DNA of 64,000 bases from positions 1-64,000 of the forward strand of contig CDMY01000361.1 in assembly GCA_001179505.1 (NCBI GenBank). The letters run 5' to 3'. Origin of the DNA: Vitrella brassicaformis CCMP3155 (lineage: Eukaryota; Protista; Chromerida). The position numbers and the translations under genes are program-made. Shown piece by piece: positions 1 to 12,489 of this stretch; position 1 is the stretch's first letter, and each line of letters starts with the position of its first letter. The notes beneath the pieces are model-generated. The model did no database searches. It saw only the letters and a program-made list of their open reading frames with translations, and was not told the DNA's origin.

Positions 1-369
1 ACAGAAGCGTCCAAAACGCGGCCACGTGTGGTTATCTTGGCCCCACATGAGCAGCCGCTGTATCATAGCAATGGAATGTAACGGCGAATTGAATGCCAGG
101 ACATGAGCACATGGTGATTGTAGTGTAGACTTGAGCATAAAGGGTCGTCAGAGATGGTCCATGGGCAGCAGACAAGACAGATACATGTATGTGTGCATGA
201 ATGCATGAAGACAGGCAGGAATAGGAGAGGCACAAAGCAATCGATCGGGACAGGAAAGGTAGAATCACATGCAGCTGACAGGGGTGTCCCGTGGGAAGCA
301 TGGAGCACCGTATAAGTAAGATAGGCGGGCTAGGATGGAAATCCAAGCCAGACATCCCGGCCATTTGAA

Positions 370-440
370 GATCTCCATCTGAGGATCTCCATCTGAGGAT
401 CTCCCTCTGGGGTTTCAAACCCTAGACAACAAAACCCTAG
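370..440. repeat. 14-bp tandem repeat x3 followed by two AAACCCTAG telomere-like motifs
   Basis: GATCTCCATCTGAG x2 plus GATCTCCCTCTGGG at 370-411; AAACCCTAG at 417-425 and 432-440. Confidence 0.75.
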
Positions 441-1443
441 ACTGTCTTTTTGACAACGTGTCTACTGGCCGAGCGGTCCATTCCGCTCATTCCCGATCAG
501 ACTTTCATCCCGCAAAGAGAACTTTGTTTGACAAAGACAGATTTTCATCTTTCATTGTGTACGATGGACACAGACAAGCATGTGTATGACTCCTCCGCCA
601 CCTCGCGTGGCACCCTTTATTGAATGTACGTCTGCGGCCTGCAATAGGTGTGCACAAGAAGCTACAGCATCAACGAAGAGAGACATCATTCGTCAAGCAC
701 ATCAAGTGACTCAGGTGAGCATCAAGCGGACGCACTGCTTTCACAGTGCATGAACCCTCAGCGAGGGCAGCGAACCACACACACACAGGAGCGACGCTCA
801 TCGGGCGCCAACGAAGCGTCCACTGACAGAACAAAGGCAAGGACCTCAAGTAAGGCGACACACATTGTGTCACTCACAGCAACAAACCGCAATCAATCAA
901 TCAATCAATCAACGAATCAATCAGTCAACCAGGACGCCCTCGTGCAATCCGGATAAGCCTTCGCCGATATGAAAGGGAGGACTGCTGTTAAGGTCACAAA
1001 AACCGCTAAGCACAAACAGATGCGGTGTATGCACCGCATGCTACTGCTGCAGACGCAAAGAGATGGTCAGACACAGCGGGAATGTTCATGCCCGGCTATG
1101 TATAGGCCAATCATCCGTTTCTCGAACCTTTGGGACGTCCTCTTCATTTCCCTCAGGCGGCAGAGGATGACTTGGCATATGAACAGTATGCCTTGGATCA
1201 GTGGGCGCTCGACGTCGCTCTCTGAGTAGCCTCTGTGCGTCATGCATATGTCTGGCTGTTTCTTTGTACATGTGCAGCCGGTGTCGACAGTGATTTTTCT
1301 GACCATCATAGGGACCCGGTGGCACGTGCATGTCTAGGTGGGTTATAGGGAGATAGGCCGTGTGCATGCTTCTATGCATGTGCATGCTGCTAGTTTAGTG
1401 CGTGACATGGACAGGATCCCCTCCGGGATTACAGACACGAGTC

Positions 1444-1502
1444 TCGTTAAACACAATAACCAACCAACCAACCAACGTCGTTAAACACAATAACCAACCA
1501 AC
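1444..1502. repeat. short direct duplication with an ACCA microsatellite
   Basis: TCGTTAAACACAATAACCAACCAAC occurs at 1444-1468 and again at 1478-1502. Confidence 0.7.
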
Positions 1503-1896
1503 AGCCTACCACCCAACCCTCGTCAAACCCCTAACCGACCGACCCCCCTTACGTCCCCCCTGGCGGCCTGCCTCGCCAGCAAAGGCTGCCTCGCCGTTTC
1601 CAGGACGGCTAAGAAGGAAAAATAGATGCAGGGATGATTGCAACGAACAGCAAGGGGACCCAGGGGACAATAGCAGCCGATGGTGATATCGGCAGACTGA
1701 TCCATTGCATGTCGCCTCCTTTGTCACGTGCCTTAAAGATGCTTGGAGTAAAAGAGGTGACTCTCGCGAACTTAAATTCAGCCCTCTCGTGTTGCATGGT
1801 CAGAGCAGTGTGAGTGTGACTTAGCTGGTGGGCGGTCAAAACAGAAACGGCATCACAGTCAATACGTCACATTATTCGTTGACGTATGCAGAAGAT

Positions 1897-4800
1897 TCAG
1901 TTTTCGCTTCCGACGGGCGAGAGCCGACAACTGACAAAAAGTGCAAGTGCAAGTGCAAGAAAGAATTGTAATGCCCTCGCGGACTTGCTCGTGTGGCCGT
2001 CCCTCACCTCCAAGTCGTCACTCTCATGGACGGTTCTCTTCTTCCACCTTATGCCGTAGCGGGCAGCGCTGGCCCCACGGTGGGAGTTCACCGCTTCGGC
2101 CGATGCATCCTGGTGCAACAACATTTTCTCGATGCAACACATGCAACGTATGCAGATGTCTGTCGAGTACCGTGGCGATATCCTCCACCTTCCTTTTCTG
2201 GGTGGCCCGTGGCTCATCCTGCGTCTGTTGGTGCTCCTCAGTATCCCTCTCTTGGCGTCGCCTCTCACGCTGACGCTGACCTGCAGCCCGTCACACAACG
2301 CATTACATTCCAGTCTGAGTATGCGGTTGCAAACGTCCATCCGGACCTCTGCTTTTCTTCTTGATCTCTGCTGTGCTGTCCTCCCTCGGCTCCCCGCCCG
2401 CTGCCATTTTCTCTTTTTCGGCCTGCACCTCGTCGGTTGCCGGCTTTTCGAGTGCTGCTGCCTTTCTTTTCTTGACCTTCTCGCGGCGCATCTCCTGCGG
2501 AGAAGCAAGACAGCATGCAGCCAGTGTGGCCGTGCCTGTTGGTGCGCTGCCTATGCACGTGCCTACTTTGTATTTGAGGGCTCGCTTATCCTCAATGGCA
2601 AACTCAACTATGGGACGCCTGCGCATCGGGTAAGCACCAGCGCACGTAGATATGTGAATACTAGGCATTACCACACATGCTCACTTTTGCTTGGCGAACA
2701 CGGTGGGGTTGTTGTTGAGGTAGCGGAGGGTTGCCAGCGCCACGCGATGCCGCCCGAAGTCAACAAACGCAAAACCCTAGATACATGCACGTCAACAGTC
2801 AAGGAAAGACATATGCGGGTGGCTGTGTATGGGCGGAGGCCATCCGACCTTCGATCGTCGCACTTTCTCCTGCCCCAGCGACCCGACATAGGTCTTGCGG
2901 TCTTGGTCTCGGACCAGCTTGACCTTGATGATACAGTGATCAAACAGGTATCTGCGTGGGCACCATACTGACGCCTACCCTCTTGACGGACGCCGCCGCT
3001 TTCTTCTTGAGCGTCTTGTCATCCTGCAGGCCGACCGTGTCGACCAGTCTCGCTTGTGGCTCGTCCCACTCAGATGGAGGTGCCCTGAATATGCAGACGA
3101 GAAACCAGTCTCATGTGACTGTGCCGCGGCATCATCCCCCGATCGCACGGCTCGTCACCTGAGAGCTGCCTTGCCCCTGTCGTCACTGGTCAGGAAGGAT
3201 GTGATGGCCGATCGCAGCCCATTGGGGTCGACAGACAAGGGCAGATTGCGAATAGACAAGCCTGATAGACAGCAGCACCAGAAAATATAACGTAGGAAGG
3301 CAAGCACACATGTCCTCGTGCCCTCTGCGTGTTTACGGAGTGGGTTGATGGCATAGTTTGGGTTTTTCAGTTTGACTTTTTTCTCCGCCCATGCGGCCTC
3401 GCGACGCTTCATGTCGCCCTTGGGCATGTCTTTGGCATCCTGGGAGTCGGGCATGATATACCCCTCCTTGGCCAGGCGCATCAGCCGATCCTTGGCCTGA
3501 CGAAGAGCACTAACGGACACGCATCCCGATGACAGCGACACACAGATGAACGAACGCGCGAATGCTCGAGGTATTGCAGATGCTCACGTTCGCTCTTGTC
3601 GATGAGAGTCCAACGTCTCCACTTCAGCAGGGGCGACCTGACCAGCCACGGAGAGTCCGGGGGCAACAGCAGTGGTGCTCATGGCGTGGTGGGGAGCAAA
3701 CTGATCTATGCTCACCGCTTTGAAGCAGTGTATCCGTCTGCCCCCCAAGTGGATGCCCAGCCCCTCCAGCGGCAGAAAGGCGCCAGTCTGCATATCCACA
3801 CGGCGATCTCTCCTCTTGCCGCCCGTGGTCGCCTTGTCCTCTTCCCCCTTGGCCGATTGCGTGTCCTTGAGCTTGCTGTTCGCCTCCTGCTCGACGGCCA
3901 GGACGCGATCGGCTGACTGCTGGTGGGCGAACTTGATGAAGGCCGTGCCCTTCGGCTGACCTGAGGAGGCAAGGAAGCACCACAGCACACACAGAGATCC
4001 GGGAAAGCTTGGTGGGCATGTGGGCGACGGACCTTGTTTGTCCTTGACTATGGCCGCGCAGAGGACTCTTCCAAACTGGCTGAAAAGCTCCCTCAGCTGG
4101 TCTGATGTGGCGTCGTACGGCAGGTTGCGGACAAATATGGTGCGGCCCTCAGACAGATCACTGCCCTTCCTGACACCACTATCCGCCTTGATCGAGTCGC
4201 TGACATCACCACCACCAGCCTCACCACTCCCCCCCTCCAGCTTGATGACAGTCCCATCCGGTTCCTCGTCGGGCTGTTTGGCCATACCGGCGGTGTCCTC
4301 TCCTTTGGCCGCTGAGAGGGCCGCATGCCTCATCCGGTCAATCTCATCCTGTGTCGGCATCATGACGTCGCTGTCCTCCTGTATGGGCGAGACCTCCTTA
4401 TTTGCCACCCTCTGGCGCTTGCTCGGCTGCTCCACTGGCTCTGGCTGGTCGTCTGTCGCTAGCGCGCCATCGACTGGTTCCTCCTTGATGCGCACTGTGG
4501 GGGATGTGGAGTGGCCGGGCTGAGCGAGGGCTTGTGCGAGGGGGAACCTGAATGGCTTCAGGGGCTCCAGCTGAGACAGCAAGGGCTGGAGCTGAAAGAA
4601 TGGAGCAGAAAAGATAGATTCAATCGTATGCGCGAATGGCTCCTTTCTCTGTCTGTGCGCAAAGTACCTTTTTCCGGTGCTCATACAGTCGTGAATCCTG
4701 AGCCCAGTCTGCTTTGACCTGACGGCCTACACGCATGCAAAGGACATCTTGGCGTCTGTTTCACGTATTCACGCACCCACTCACTCACCATTGAGCGTCA

Positions 4801-5825
4801 GTGGATGTTCCGTGATGTGCGCCAATGCCGCCTCGGCTGACTCGCGACCAGCGAATTGGACAAAGGCAAAACCCCTAAATGAAGCATGGGCAGACGCACA
4901 CACGGATGACTAAACCAGAGACAACACTTTGTGCTCACTTGGCTGCATCGGATGCGACCTTCTTGGGAACGGTCACCTAGAAAGCAGTCCACTGTCAATA
5001 GACGGGCGACAGCGTGCGGGAAAGTGATCGCCTACCTCGCTGATCGTGCCGTGCGTGTCGAGTGCCGTCCGCAGGTCGCTCTCGGTCACAGCGAAGGGCA
5101 CATTGCGAAGCATTATGCGACCTGAACACATCAAGAAAACCGACACGGAGGGATGCATAAAAGTGTTCGCTGCCGCGTCTGAGCTTATGGCGTTCCACAC
5201 CGGCCTTGGCGGATTTTTGTCCCACGAAATCAGCCAGCCTGGAAAGCACAACGATAGCAAGACACAAAAACCCTGATACACGGGGCATGTGCCTCTTTTC
5301 ATCTTGTTATCTCACAAATGTGCCCGCATGACCACTTCCATTGTGGTGCCGTCCCCCTTGCCCCGTCCCCTCTTCCGCTCGCCGCGCTGCCTTCCCGTCT
5401 CAGTGCCATGACCGCCATGCAACGGCAGCAGCAGTCGCGAGTCGTCCAGTATGGCCACGGCAGGCAGCGCCTGTTCGAGGCCACCCACCTCGACCAGGAA
5501 ATTCTGGCTCTTGGGGTCGTTCTTGCCGCGCCGCTTGTTGCGGGGCACGTCACGCTCCACATGCAGCACCGTGACGGTCTGGTCGTCGAAGATCTTGGCA
5601 AAGCCCTGGGAGAGCTGAGAAACCACAACCACGGTCTGCAGACAAGCCGCGTGTGGATACGTGTGCTACCTCACCGTGCTGAGTAGCTGCGTAGCAGTCA
5701 CGTCGTTGGGCACATTCGTGACGCGAATCACGTGCAACCAGTTCACTGACAACCAGAAGCTCACGGAATGTGAAATACGACTGGCATGTCCTCCCCTTAC
5801 TCCTGTGTGCGTCCAACGAATGCAT
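1897..5825 (-). CDS. RBM28: nucleolar multi-RRM protein RBM28/Nop4 (multi-exon, ends approximate)
   Basis: Spliced exons give RRMs: GRIMLRNVPF...RGFAFVQF; TIFVRNLPYDAT...GTAFIKF; KLKNPNYAINP..IRNLP. It also has the family-typical GFAFVDFGRHRVALATLRYLNNNP and RRPIVEFAIEDKRAL motifs. Confidence 0.9.
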
Positions 5826-5939
5826 GAGACTCTATACGGCCTTGATAGTCTCTTGGTGTGTTTCATGCGACAGCAGCGTTGCCCGACACCGTGATGGTCC
5901 TCAACGCAGTCCAGCTATCCCATGCGTTTAACGGAAGCT

Positions 5940-6083
5940 AATTGGCTAGTGCCCATTTGCGTCTTTAAGAAACAACACGTTCGGCAGACAAAACGTTCGA
6001 TCACGATCGTATGGAAGAGAAAAGAAAAATCGGTAGCGGTGTTGTGTTGCTTGCACTACTACAGACACGTCAATATGTCGAGA
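5940..6083. repeat. about 145-bp dispersed repeat, copy A
   Basis: Aligns by eye in direct orientation to 8248-8394 (GCTAGTGCCCA-TTTGCGTCTTTA...CAGACAAAACGTTCGATCACGATCG...CGGTAGCGGTG...CAATATGTCGAGA). Confidence 0.9.
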
Positions 6084-6871
6084 CACGCGGGTCCCATCAG
6101 CTATGACCGCGTGTCGAACTTGACGTTCCTCGAAAGACTCGTTAAGGCACTTGTTGAGCAAATTGAAAGTGCATTTCTCATCTCCACATTGGGGATATCG
6201 TTCCCTCTCCTGTTGGTCCTCATCAAGTCCATCAATATGGCCTTGCCAGATGCTGCCGTTTCCGACGGTGCTCGGCTCCCTTGTGAAGTGGCTTGAATCG
6301 CGGGCCTCCGGTGCCTTGTGGATGCGGTCTTCGGCAGTAATGGTGGCATCGATCTCCTCGTCAGGATGATCCTCCTTTACAGACATCCACAGAGATGCAC
6401 CGACCCTATTTATCTTTTCTTCTTACCCGGTAAATTGTAGTCGTTGAAGGGCAGGGAGGGAGGTTTGCTGAGGGGCTGCTGCTAGAGCGGAGGCCTTTCC
6501 ACCCTTGTTGATTGCAGGGGGTGGGTGGTGGGTGTACATGGGTAGGTAGCGAATGCTTTGCCTGTTGCTGTCAATAGTTTAGATGTGGATAGATAATCGA
6601 CTGTCCCAAGCGCATGGACACATGGACAATCTTACCCTTAACCAACACCATCCGGTGCTAATTATGCTAGCTTAGCTTGATTTACAAACGCTAACGGAAC
6701 TGGCTCTACAGCCCAAACGAAACCCCTCAACCCTACCGATCCTTCCCTTCTCTCCCCTCCTGGTCTGCCAACAACATTCGCGTCCTCGAATCGGCGGCAA
6801 TATCCGCTGATTGAACGTCTCGAATTCTTTTCCTGACTTTTGGGGCGCGTATGGCTCCACACGGCAGCCAT

Positions 6872-8033
6872 CTATTCCCTACTGAAGTCCATCAGCATTG
6901 CAAACTTCTCACTGTGTCCCCCCCCAGGCCACCGATAGAAGTCAAGCGCTGGCAGAGAGAAGGGCGGAAGAGCCAGATTCACCTGGCGATAGCCACCTGG
7001 CTTGCCCAGGTCCCGATTGTCCACGCAGCGGATATGCAACCTTCTCACCTTGCATCTATCGTTAGTCAGGAGGGCATACTTGTACTTGTATCGGCCGTCG
7101 TGAGCAGTGAGGTGGCTCGCAATGAATTTGTGCACCATCGGCGTGGGCAGGTGCTGCAACACATCCTTACACATCAACAGCTGCAACAGAAAGAAGCCGG
7201 AAAGAGAGCTTATGTGCGGAAGTGGTCTTCTTTTGTCGGTCCTTTACGTCTGCAGGAGGCAGATTGTCCTTTTCCAAGATGCTCCTAGCATGGAAAGTCC
7301 TGTTGTGGCTGCCGTACAGCTCCTGATTGCGCGCAATGACGGACGGCACCACATCCACACCTATGTATTCCTCTACCGGACGCCAATCGACGAATTGTGT
7401 CCACTCCCTGCAATGCAATGCACATAGACGTGCATGGCGGGCGGGGCTCTGTCTGTCTGTCTCTGTCCGACCAGTCCCCACATCCTGCATCAACGATGGA
7501 TCTGATGTTTCGCTGTCGCAGAAAGTCCTCCAGCAAGAGGCGAAAGTTGTCTGTTGACTCCTTGGTGCTGCCCCCGCCACTGTGCCCCCTCCCATCCTTG
7601 TTTCTCCCCCATACGGCCGAGCTGTAGATTGACGAGAAGGCGGCACGCAGCGCATTGGTCTCCTCCGGATTGATGGTGGCTTGTTCTCTTTCACTTGTGG
7701 CTTTTTCTCTCCCACTTGTTCCGTCTCCCACATGCTGCTGCTGCTGTCGGCAGACGGAACAAGTGAACGAGAGAGAAACAAGTGAACGAGAGAGGCACAC
7801 CATACCTTACGTTATTCATGTCCTGATTACTGGGTTCCACTCGCATCAAACGGCTGCAATTACCGTTGCACCTGGCTCACATTTTCGGGTAGATGAAGAA
7901 GGGGCTCCCAAATGTGAGCTGCCCACCTGATAGCGCTAAGGCTCTTCTTGAGTTGCGATAAGTCCCCTTGCCACTGCCATCTCGGCAGAAATACCCCGAT
8001 GTTTGCGAGCAGGAAGAGAAGCAGCACTGACAT
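6872..8033 (-). CDS. class I SAM-dependent methyltransferase with an N-terminal signal/anchor (4 exons)
   Basis: Starts MSVLLLFLLANIGVFL. Spliced product contains FSSIYSSAVWG..GHSGGGST, SIVDAGCGDWEW, YIGVDVVPSVI and PADLLMCKDVLQHL. GT-AG junctions keep the frame. Confidence 0.88.
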
Positions 8034-8247
8034 AGATGACACGTGACGGCGTGCAGCCGTGGTCTGATTTACTTCCTCTCCCCGTACCACTCCCAATGCA
8101 CATGGCCCATCTTCGGCTGCCCACCCAGTGAGTGGGTGGGGATGCGGGGACCGAAACACGCGACATTCGGGCCCACGGGCGGCGAATTTCTACCGGAAGA
8201 AATTGGGGATAACCAAGGCGACTACCGACTGACGATCCTGATCCGCG

Positions 8248-8394
8248 AATTGAGCTAGTGCCCAATTTGCGTCTTTATGAAACAACGCGTGCGGTCAGAC
8301 AAAACGTTCGATCACGATCGCATGGAAATGAAATGGAAAAACGGTAGCGGTGATGTGTTGCTTGCAGTAGTACAGACACTTCAATATGTCGAGA
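8248..8394. repeat. about 145-bp dispersed repeat, copy B
   Basis: Direct repeat of 5940-6083, lying just 3' of the helicase remnant. Confidence 0.9.
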
Positions 8395-8559
8395 AGCTTC
8401 GTGTTTTCTTGTCACGCTTTCATCAGTGAACGATAAACTGATGTACCCTAAAGCAGCAGAGCTTGAAAAAGCTCGCGCTTGGAGAAAGTTGGCGAACAAG
8501 CGCATCTGTGGGCGCGAATTTCTTATAAGGTGCATCAACTGACCGAACACACGAAACGC

Positions 8560-9500
8560 GCCAGTTTGTGGTGGATGGGATGTTTCTCCTTTGTCCGATA
8601 ATGCAGCTGGTTGAGCTTGGTCCTTCTTGGGTGCCTTCTCGCAGGTCCCTCAGTGCCGCATCGACTTTGTCGAGCTTCTGGCGGTTAACGAAAGAGATCT
8701 CGCCGACTATCGTGTAGTGGATATGCTGGCAAGACTCCTCTCTTCAAATGCGGTCACCATCGACTGCCTCCTGCTTCCCCGCTTGGCGCCGCAGCCTCTT
8801 CTCGCCGCTCTCGAAGTCATCGAAGAGGTGCAGGAGCGAATTGACTGTCGAGCTTTCGGTGTTATCTGCAGCCACACCGGTAAGTGCCGCCAGACACAGC
8901 CAATGTCTGCATTGCAGTTCCGCAAAGTAAGCCTTCACGGCTTTCATGACGGTGTTGCCGGTGCCGCCCTCGCCGGTCAGGCACATGCGCAATGGCGCGA
9001 TGTATTTATTGTCCCTCAGGTCTCTGTAGTGGTTCAGCAAGTGGCTGCAGATGATTTGGAACGCCCGCATCTGCTCTTCGTTCAATTTGTAACGGCTCGC
9101 CCAGTGAACAGAGAACGTCCTGTCGTCGACCGTCTCAGGCGGCTTGAATGCGGACCCCGGCTGCGCCAGCAGTCGAGTGAGGCTGGAAGACATTCGACTC
9201 GAAGAGAAGCTACTCAGGAGGCTTGCTTCATCTGACGTGGCGCGGCTGTGGCCGATTTCATCTACCTTGATGCGTTGCTGGTGCAGGTCATCGTTGGGCT
9301 GATCCTGGCGGCTCCCATTTGATTGACAAGCCGATTGACAGTCATCGAAGGCAGTCTTCAATCGCCCCTTCAAAAGGCGCGCTAAATTGATACATGTCTA
9401 TTGATATCATCGCTGGATATCGATAGGTTCACATCCATTTGCATCCAGCGATGCATTGATATGCTTGGCGAAGCACGTCTTCAACACGGGCGCAGCATGA
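8560..9500 (-). mobile_element. decayed Helitron-like PIF1 (SF1B) helicase remnant
   Basis: One frame reads LNEEQMRAFQII..LRMCLTGEGGTGNTV (Walker A with K>N), LAALTGVAADN..STVNSLL and, past a TGA, IVGEISFV..LDKVDAALR (Walker B with D>G). There are in-frame stops near 8744, 9393 and 9402, and no introns. Confidence 0.75.
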
Positions 9501-10177
9501 GCGGCAACATGGGGGGTGTCTTGTGTTCTTGATGCAGCGGTGATGCCACGGTGACGGTGTGTGGGGACACGATGCCAACGTGTTCATCGCCCACATGGCT
9601 CATGCGCTGTTGGAGAAGGAGGGGTGGAAGGGTCGGGGGTTCAGTCATGTGTCTGGATGGATTCGCTCTCGCTTGTCTATCGCCCTCGCGCGTGCGACTA
9701 GCTTCTGTCTGCGTGGGGGAGGGAGGGGAGGGTTTGCGGGACTGGGGTGTGCTGATGGGGCGGGGATTGATCCCTCCTCCCCTTGAGCCTGTTTGACTCT
9801 GCGTGCTGATGGGACTGTATTTGTATGAGTATCACGGACACACAGACGAGTGTTATGGTTAATGACAGTTTCCCCCCGTTCTTGATGCAGCCCTCTGAGT
9901 ACCTGCATGCTATCGCCACGTCTGTCCTCAAGATCTGCATGTTTTTCAAGCTCCAGCCTTTGTTGTCTGCATGTTTTTGAAACTCTCGCCATTGTTGCAT
10001 GCGTTGGTGTGCTTCTCGCCAACACTCCTACTGTGCACGTCTCTGTGACGCATAATTGAACCACCACTTCGCACGCTTTTTTCGACCCCCGCCCAATTCG
10101 TGGCCCGGGGTCGCAGTGGGTGCCCCTTACTCGGAATTGAACGGAAGTCACAAAAAAGGGAAGGGATACCGGAACGG

Positions 10178-11892
10178 ATGGTGGTAGTGGGAGTCCGTGC
10201 CCCAATGCACACACTGGTCTACGCCTCAATTGGAGGATGCCTCATTGTCTCACTGGTCGTCCTGTTGGCTGCAGTGCCCGCTCCCTTTTCCCTCCTCCGC
10301 CAACGGCATTTACTGTACGGTCACCCGGCACAAGAGACTCCAGTTAGTCCGGTGACCGCGGGAATGCTTGTCAATGAGCAGCAACACGCGCAGGGTACAT
10401 CAATCGAGGCTGAGCTGTCTGTCTCGGCCGCGTTGGTGGCGTATCTGGTGCAGAGCATCAACGACTATGACAGGGAGGTCCAGGCAGTGGCGAATTGCGG
10501 CGAGAGGACCTTTCGGGCCCCGACGGCTGCCGGTAGCCCGGAGCGCCTGTTTTCGATGTGCGTGCCGCAGACCAGAAACATAGTGAGCGACGTTCTTAGG
10601 AGAGGAGCGTGGGAGAAGGAACAAATTTTGGCCAGCGCGGAAAAAATGAGGGTGCAAAGGGGCAGGAGGGGGCGCGGGAGGCAAATTGTGGAGTGTGTCT
10701 GTTGTGTGATCAGGAGTGCGGGTCCCCCGGTGACGCTCGTTGTGTGTTTGTGGATGTGGGCGTGGAGGAGGGATGGTACGCTCTCAATATCGCAGCACTG
10801 GGGTATAAAGTCATCGGTATAAAGAGACAGACACGAGAATGGACACACGCACAACTGCTGTCATCATTAATCTCTTGCATCGCTGCGTGTGGATGTGTGT
10901 CTGTATGTCTGGTGTAGGTTTCGAGGCAATGCTTCGCAACGTATACGCGACCACCAGGTCCGCACACCTGCCCGCCAACAGCTTTGAGGGCTCCGCCATC
11001 CCAAATATACAAATATACCCATTTGCAGCCGGAGACAAAGATAGACGTCCCAGAACAGTCAGTACAGGGACGTGCGTCATGTGTGGCGGGTGTCGGTTAC
11101 TGTTCAGGTGCCTCGTCGCTTCACGTAAGTGGCACCAAGATTCACTGTGCCTTGTCTGTTGGCTGGTCTATGATATCTGGATCCCTTCTTCCCTCGTACA
11201 GATGCTATAAACACCCTGGATGGTCAGTTTTCACACACACACATATATTCAGATCGGCCATCCTATGCGCTGGCCTGAGTGTGTGAGGGGTCTTGTGCAG
11301 GTCAGACTTTGTGCGGCAATTCCTCTGATGTGATTAAGAGGAGAGGCCTCATACGGCGACACGATGTATCGATGTGCGAAAGCAATACAGACATGTCTGC
11401 GTGGTATTGTGTCTCTGGTTGATTGCAGGTGCAGACGGTGCTGCTCGACGACATGCTGGCTGATGTGTCGCCATGGATGATCAAACTGGATGTCGAGGGA
11501 GCCGAACTCAAAGCCCTTCGAGGCACGACTAAGCCAGATACATCCATCAATGGCGGGTTGCATTTTCTCTTGTCACATGTCAATCAGGCGCCCGTGAGGT
11601 CCTAAAGCGCGTCAAGTATGTGTTCCATGAAGTATCCAGGTATCACTTCACATACGAAAGTCAAATTCATTGAACATGTAGCATCGCGAATGGCAGGAGC
11701 CTCCTCACGGATGCGGGCGATGCGGGTGACACGCCAGAGGCCGTGCTCGCCTTTTGGCAGGGGATAAATTACTCGTGCCGACCTTCCAAGGTCTCGCGTA
11801 CGGACCTCCGCACCATGTTCACGGGACGAGATGTCGTTACAGACATACTCTGCACCAACCTCAATTCATTGACACACACACTACGACCATGA
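10178..11892 (+). CDS. FkbM-family methyltransferase, type II membrane anchor, copy 1 (two damaged splice donors, possibly pseudogenising)
   Basis: TM segment IGGCLIVSLVVLLAAV; FVDVGVEEGWYAL; IYPFAAGDK; VQTVLLDDML..MIKLDVEGAE..VKYVFHE. Exons and introns are colinear with 48942-50841. Confidence 0.82.
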
Positions 11893-11945
11893 CATATGCG
11901 CTGCGGTGGAATGTGTCGTGTTTCCATGATGTGCCTCATGTTTGT

Positions 11946-12135
11946 GATTTGAAATGGAATCGATTACTGTGTCTATGCCTCACTTCCTCTAGTCGAAAAG
12001 GCTGAATTGTCTGAGCTCGAGCCTGGCGACTCGGGCCTGCGCTAGGCTGCTTGAATCATGTCAGACGCCTGTACCGGGCAAGGAGAGAGGGATTCGCCGC
12101 CTGGACAAAGGCGGTAAGGATAAGTCAGGCAGTAA
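11946..12135. repeat. about 190-bp direct repeat, copy A
   Basis: GATTTGAAATGGAATCGA..TGTGTCTATGCCT..CTGAGCTCGAGCC.GGCGACTCGGGCCTGCGCTAGGCTGCTTGAATCATGTC..GTAAGGATAAG, shared with 12646-12845. Confidence 0.9.
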
Positions 12136-12489
12136 TAAGTATGGCAGCAATGATACTCGATAATGTAATGGAATCGAGTAGAGGGTGGCTCCACGGGGGA
12201 AACGACATGACACGACACGACACGGACCCCCATAGACACCAACCTGACACGCCACACCGCTCGCAGCCCGGCGGGTATCAAGTAGGGCGCCGGCGACTTT
12301 TCCCCCCTCGCTTGTAAAATACGGGGCATGTGAAAGCCAGGAGTAGCCAAGGGAAACCTTGATGAGCCGGACTCGCCGCCCTGGTCATTGCAGGGTGTCC
12401 TGCAGTGCTGCTAGTCTCGTCCGAATGAATGCCCTGTGTGTTCATGAGGACGCCGAATGAATGAATGAATGAGTAATAATGTAGAAGTC

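Noticed and set aside
417-440. AAACCCTAG x2 as a telomere or telo-box promoter element
   Set aside because: Only two non-adjacent copies. A similar string at about 2771 is just a splice acceptor and codon sequence, so no function can be supported.
32-1400. Candidate small genes at the left edge (minus-strand ATG at 364; plus-strand exon-like pieces at 570-1310)
   Set aside because: Splice-like signals are present, but I found no consistent reading frame or recognisable domain.
5946-6386. 146-aa minus-strand ORF upstream of RBM28
   Set aside because: No recognisable domain, and its 3' third is the dispersed repeat; it cannot be called a gene or an RBM28 exon.
9408-9453. 11-bp inverted repeat CATCGCTGGAT/ATCCAGCGATG as a Helitron hairpin
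   Set aside because: It lies inside the decayed helicase frame and has no terminal CTRR context.
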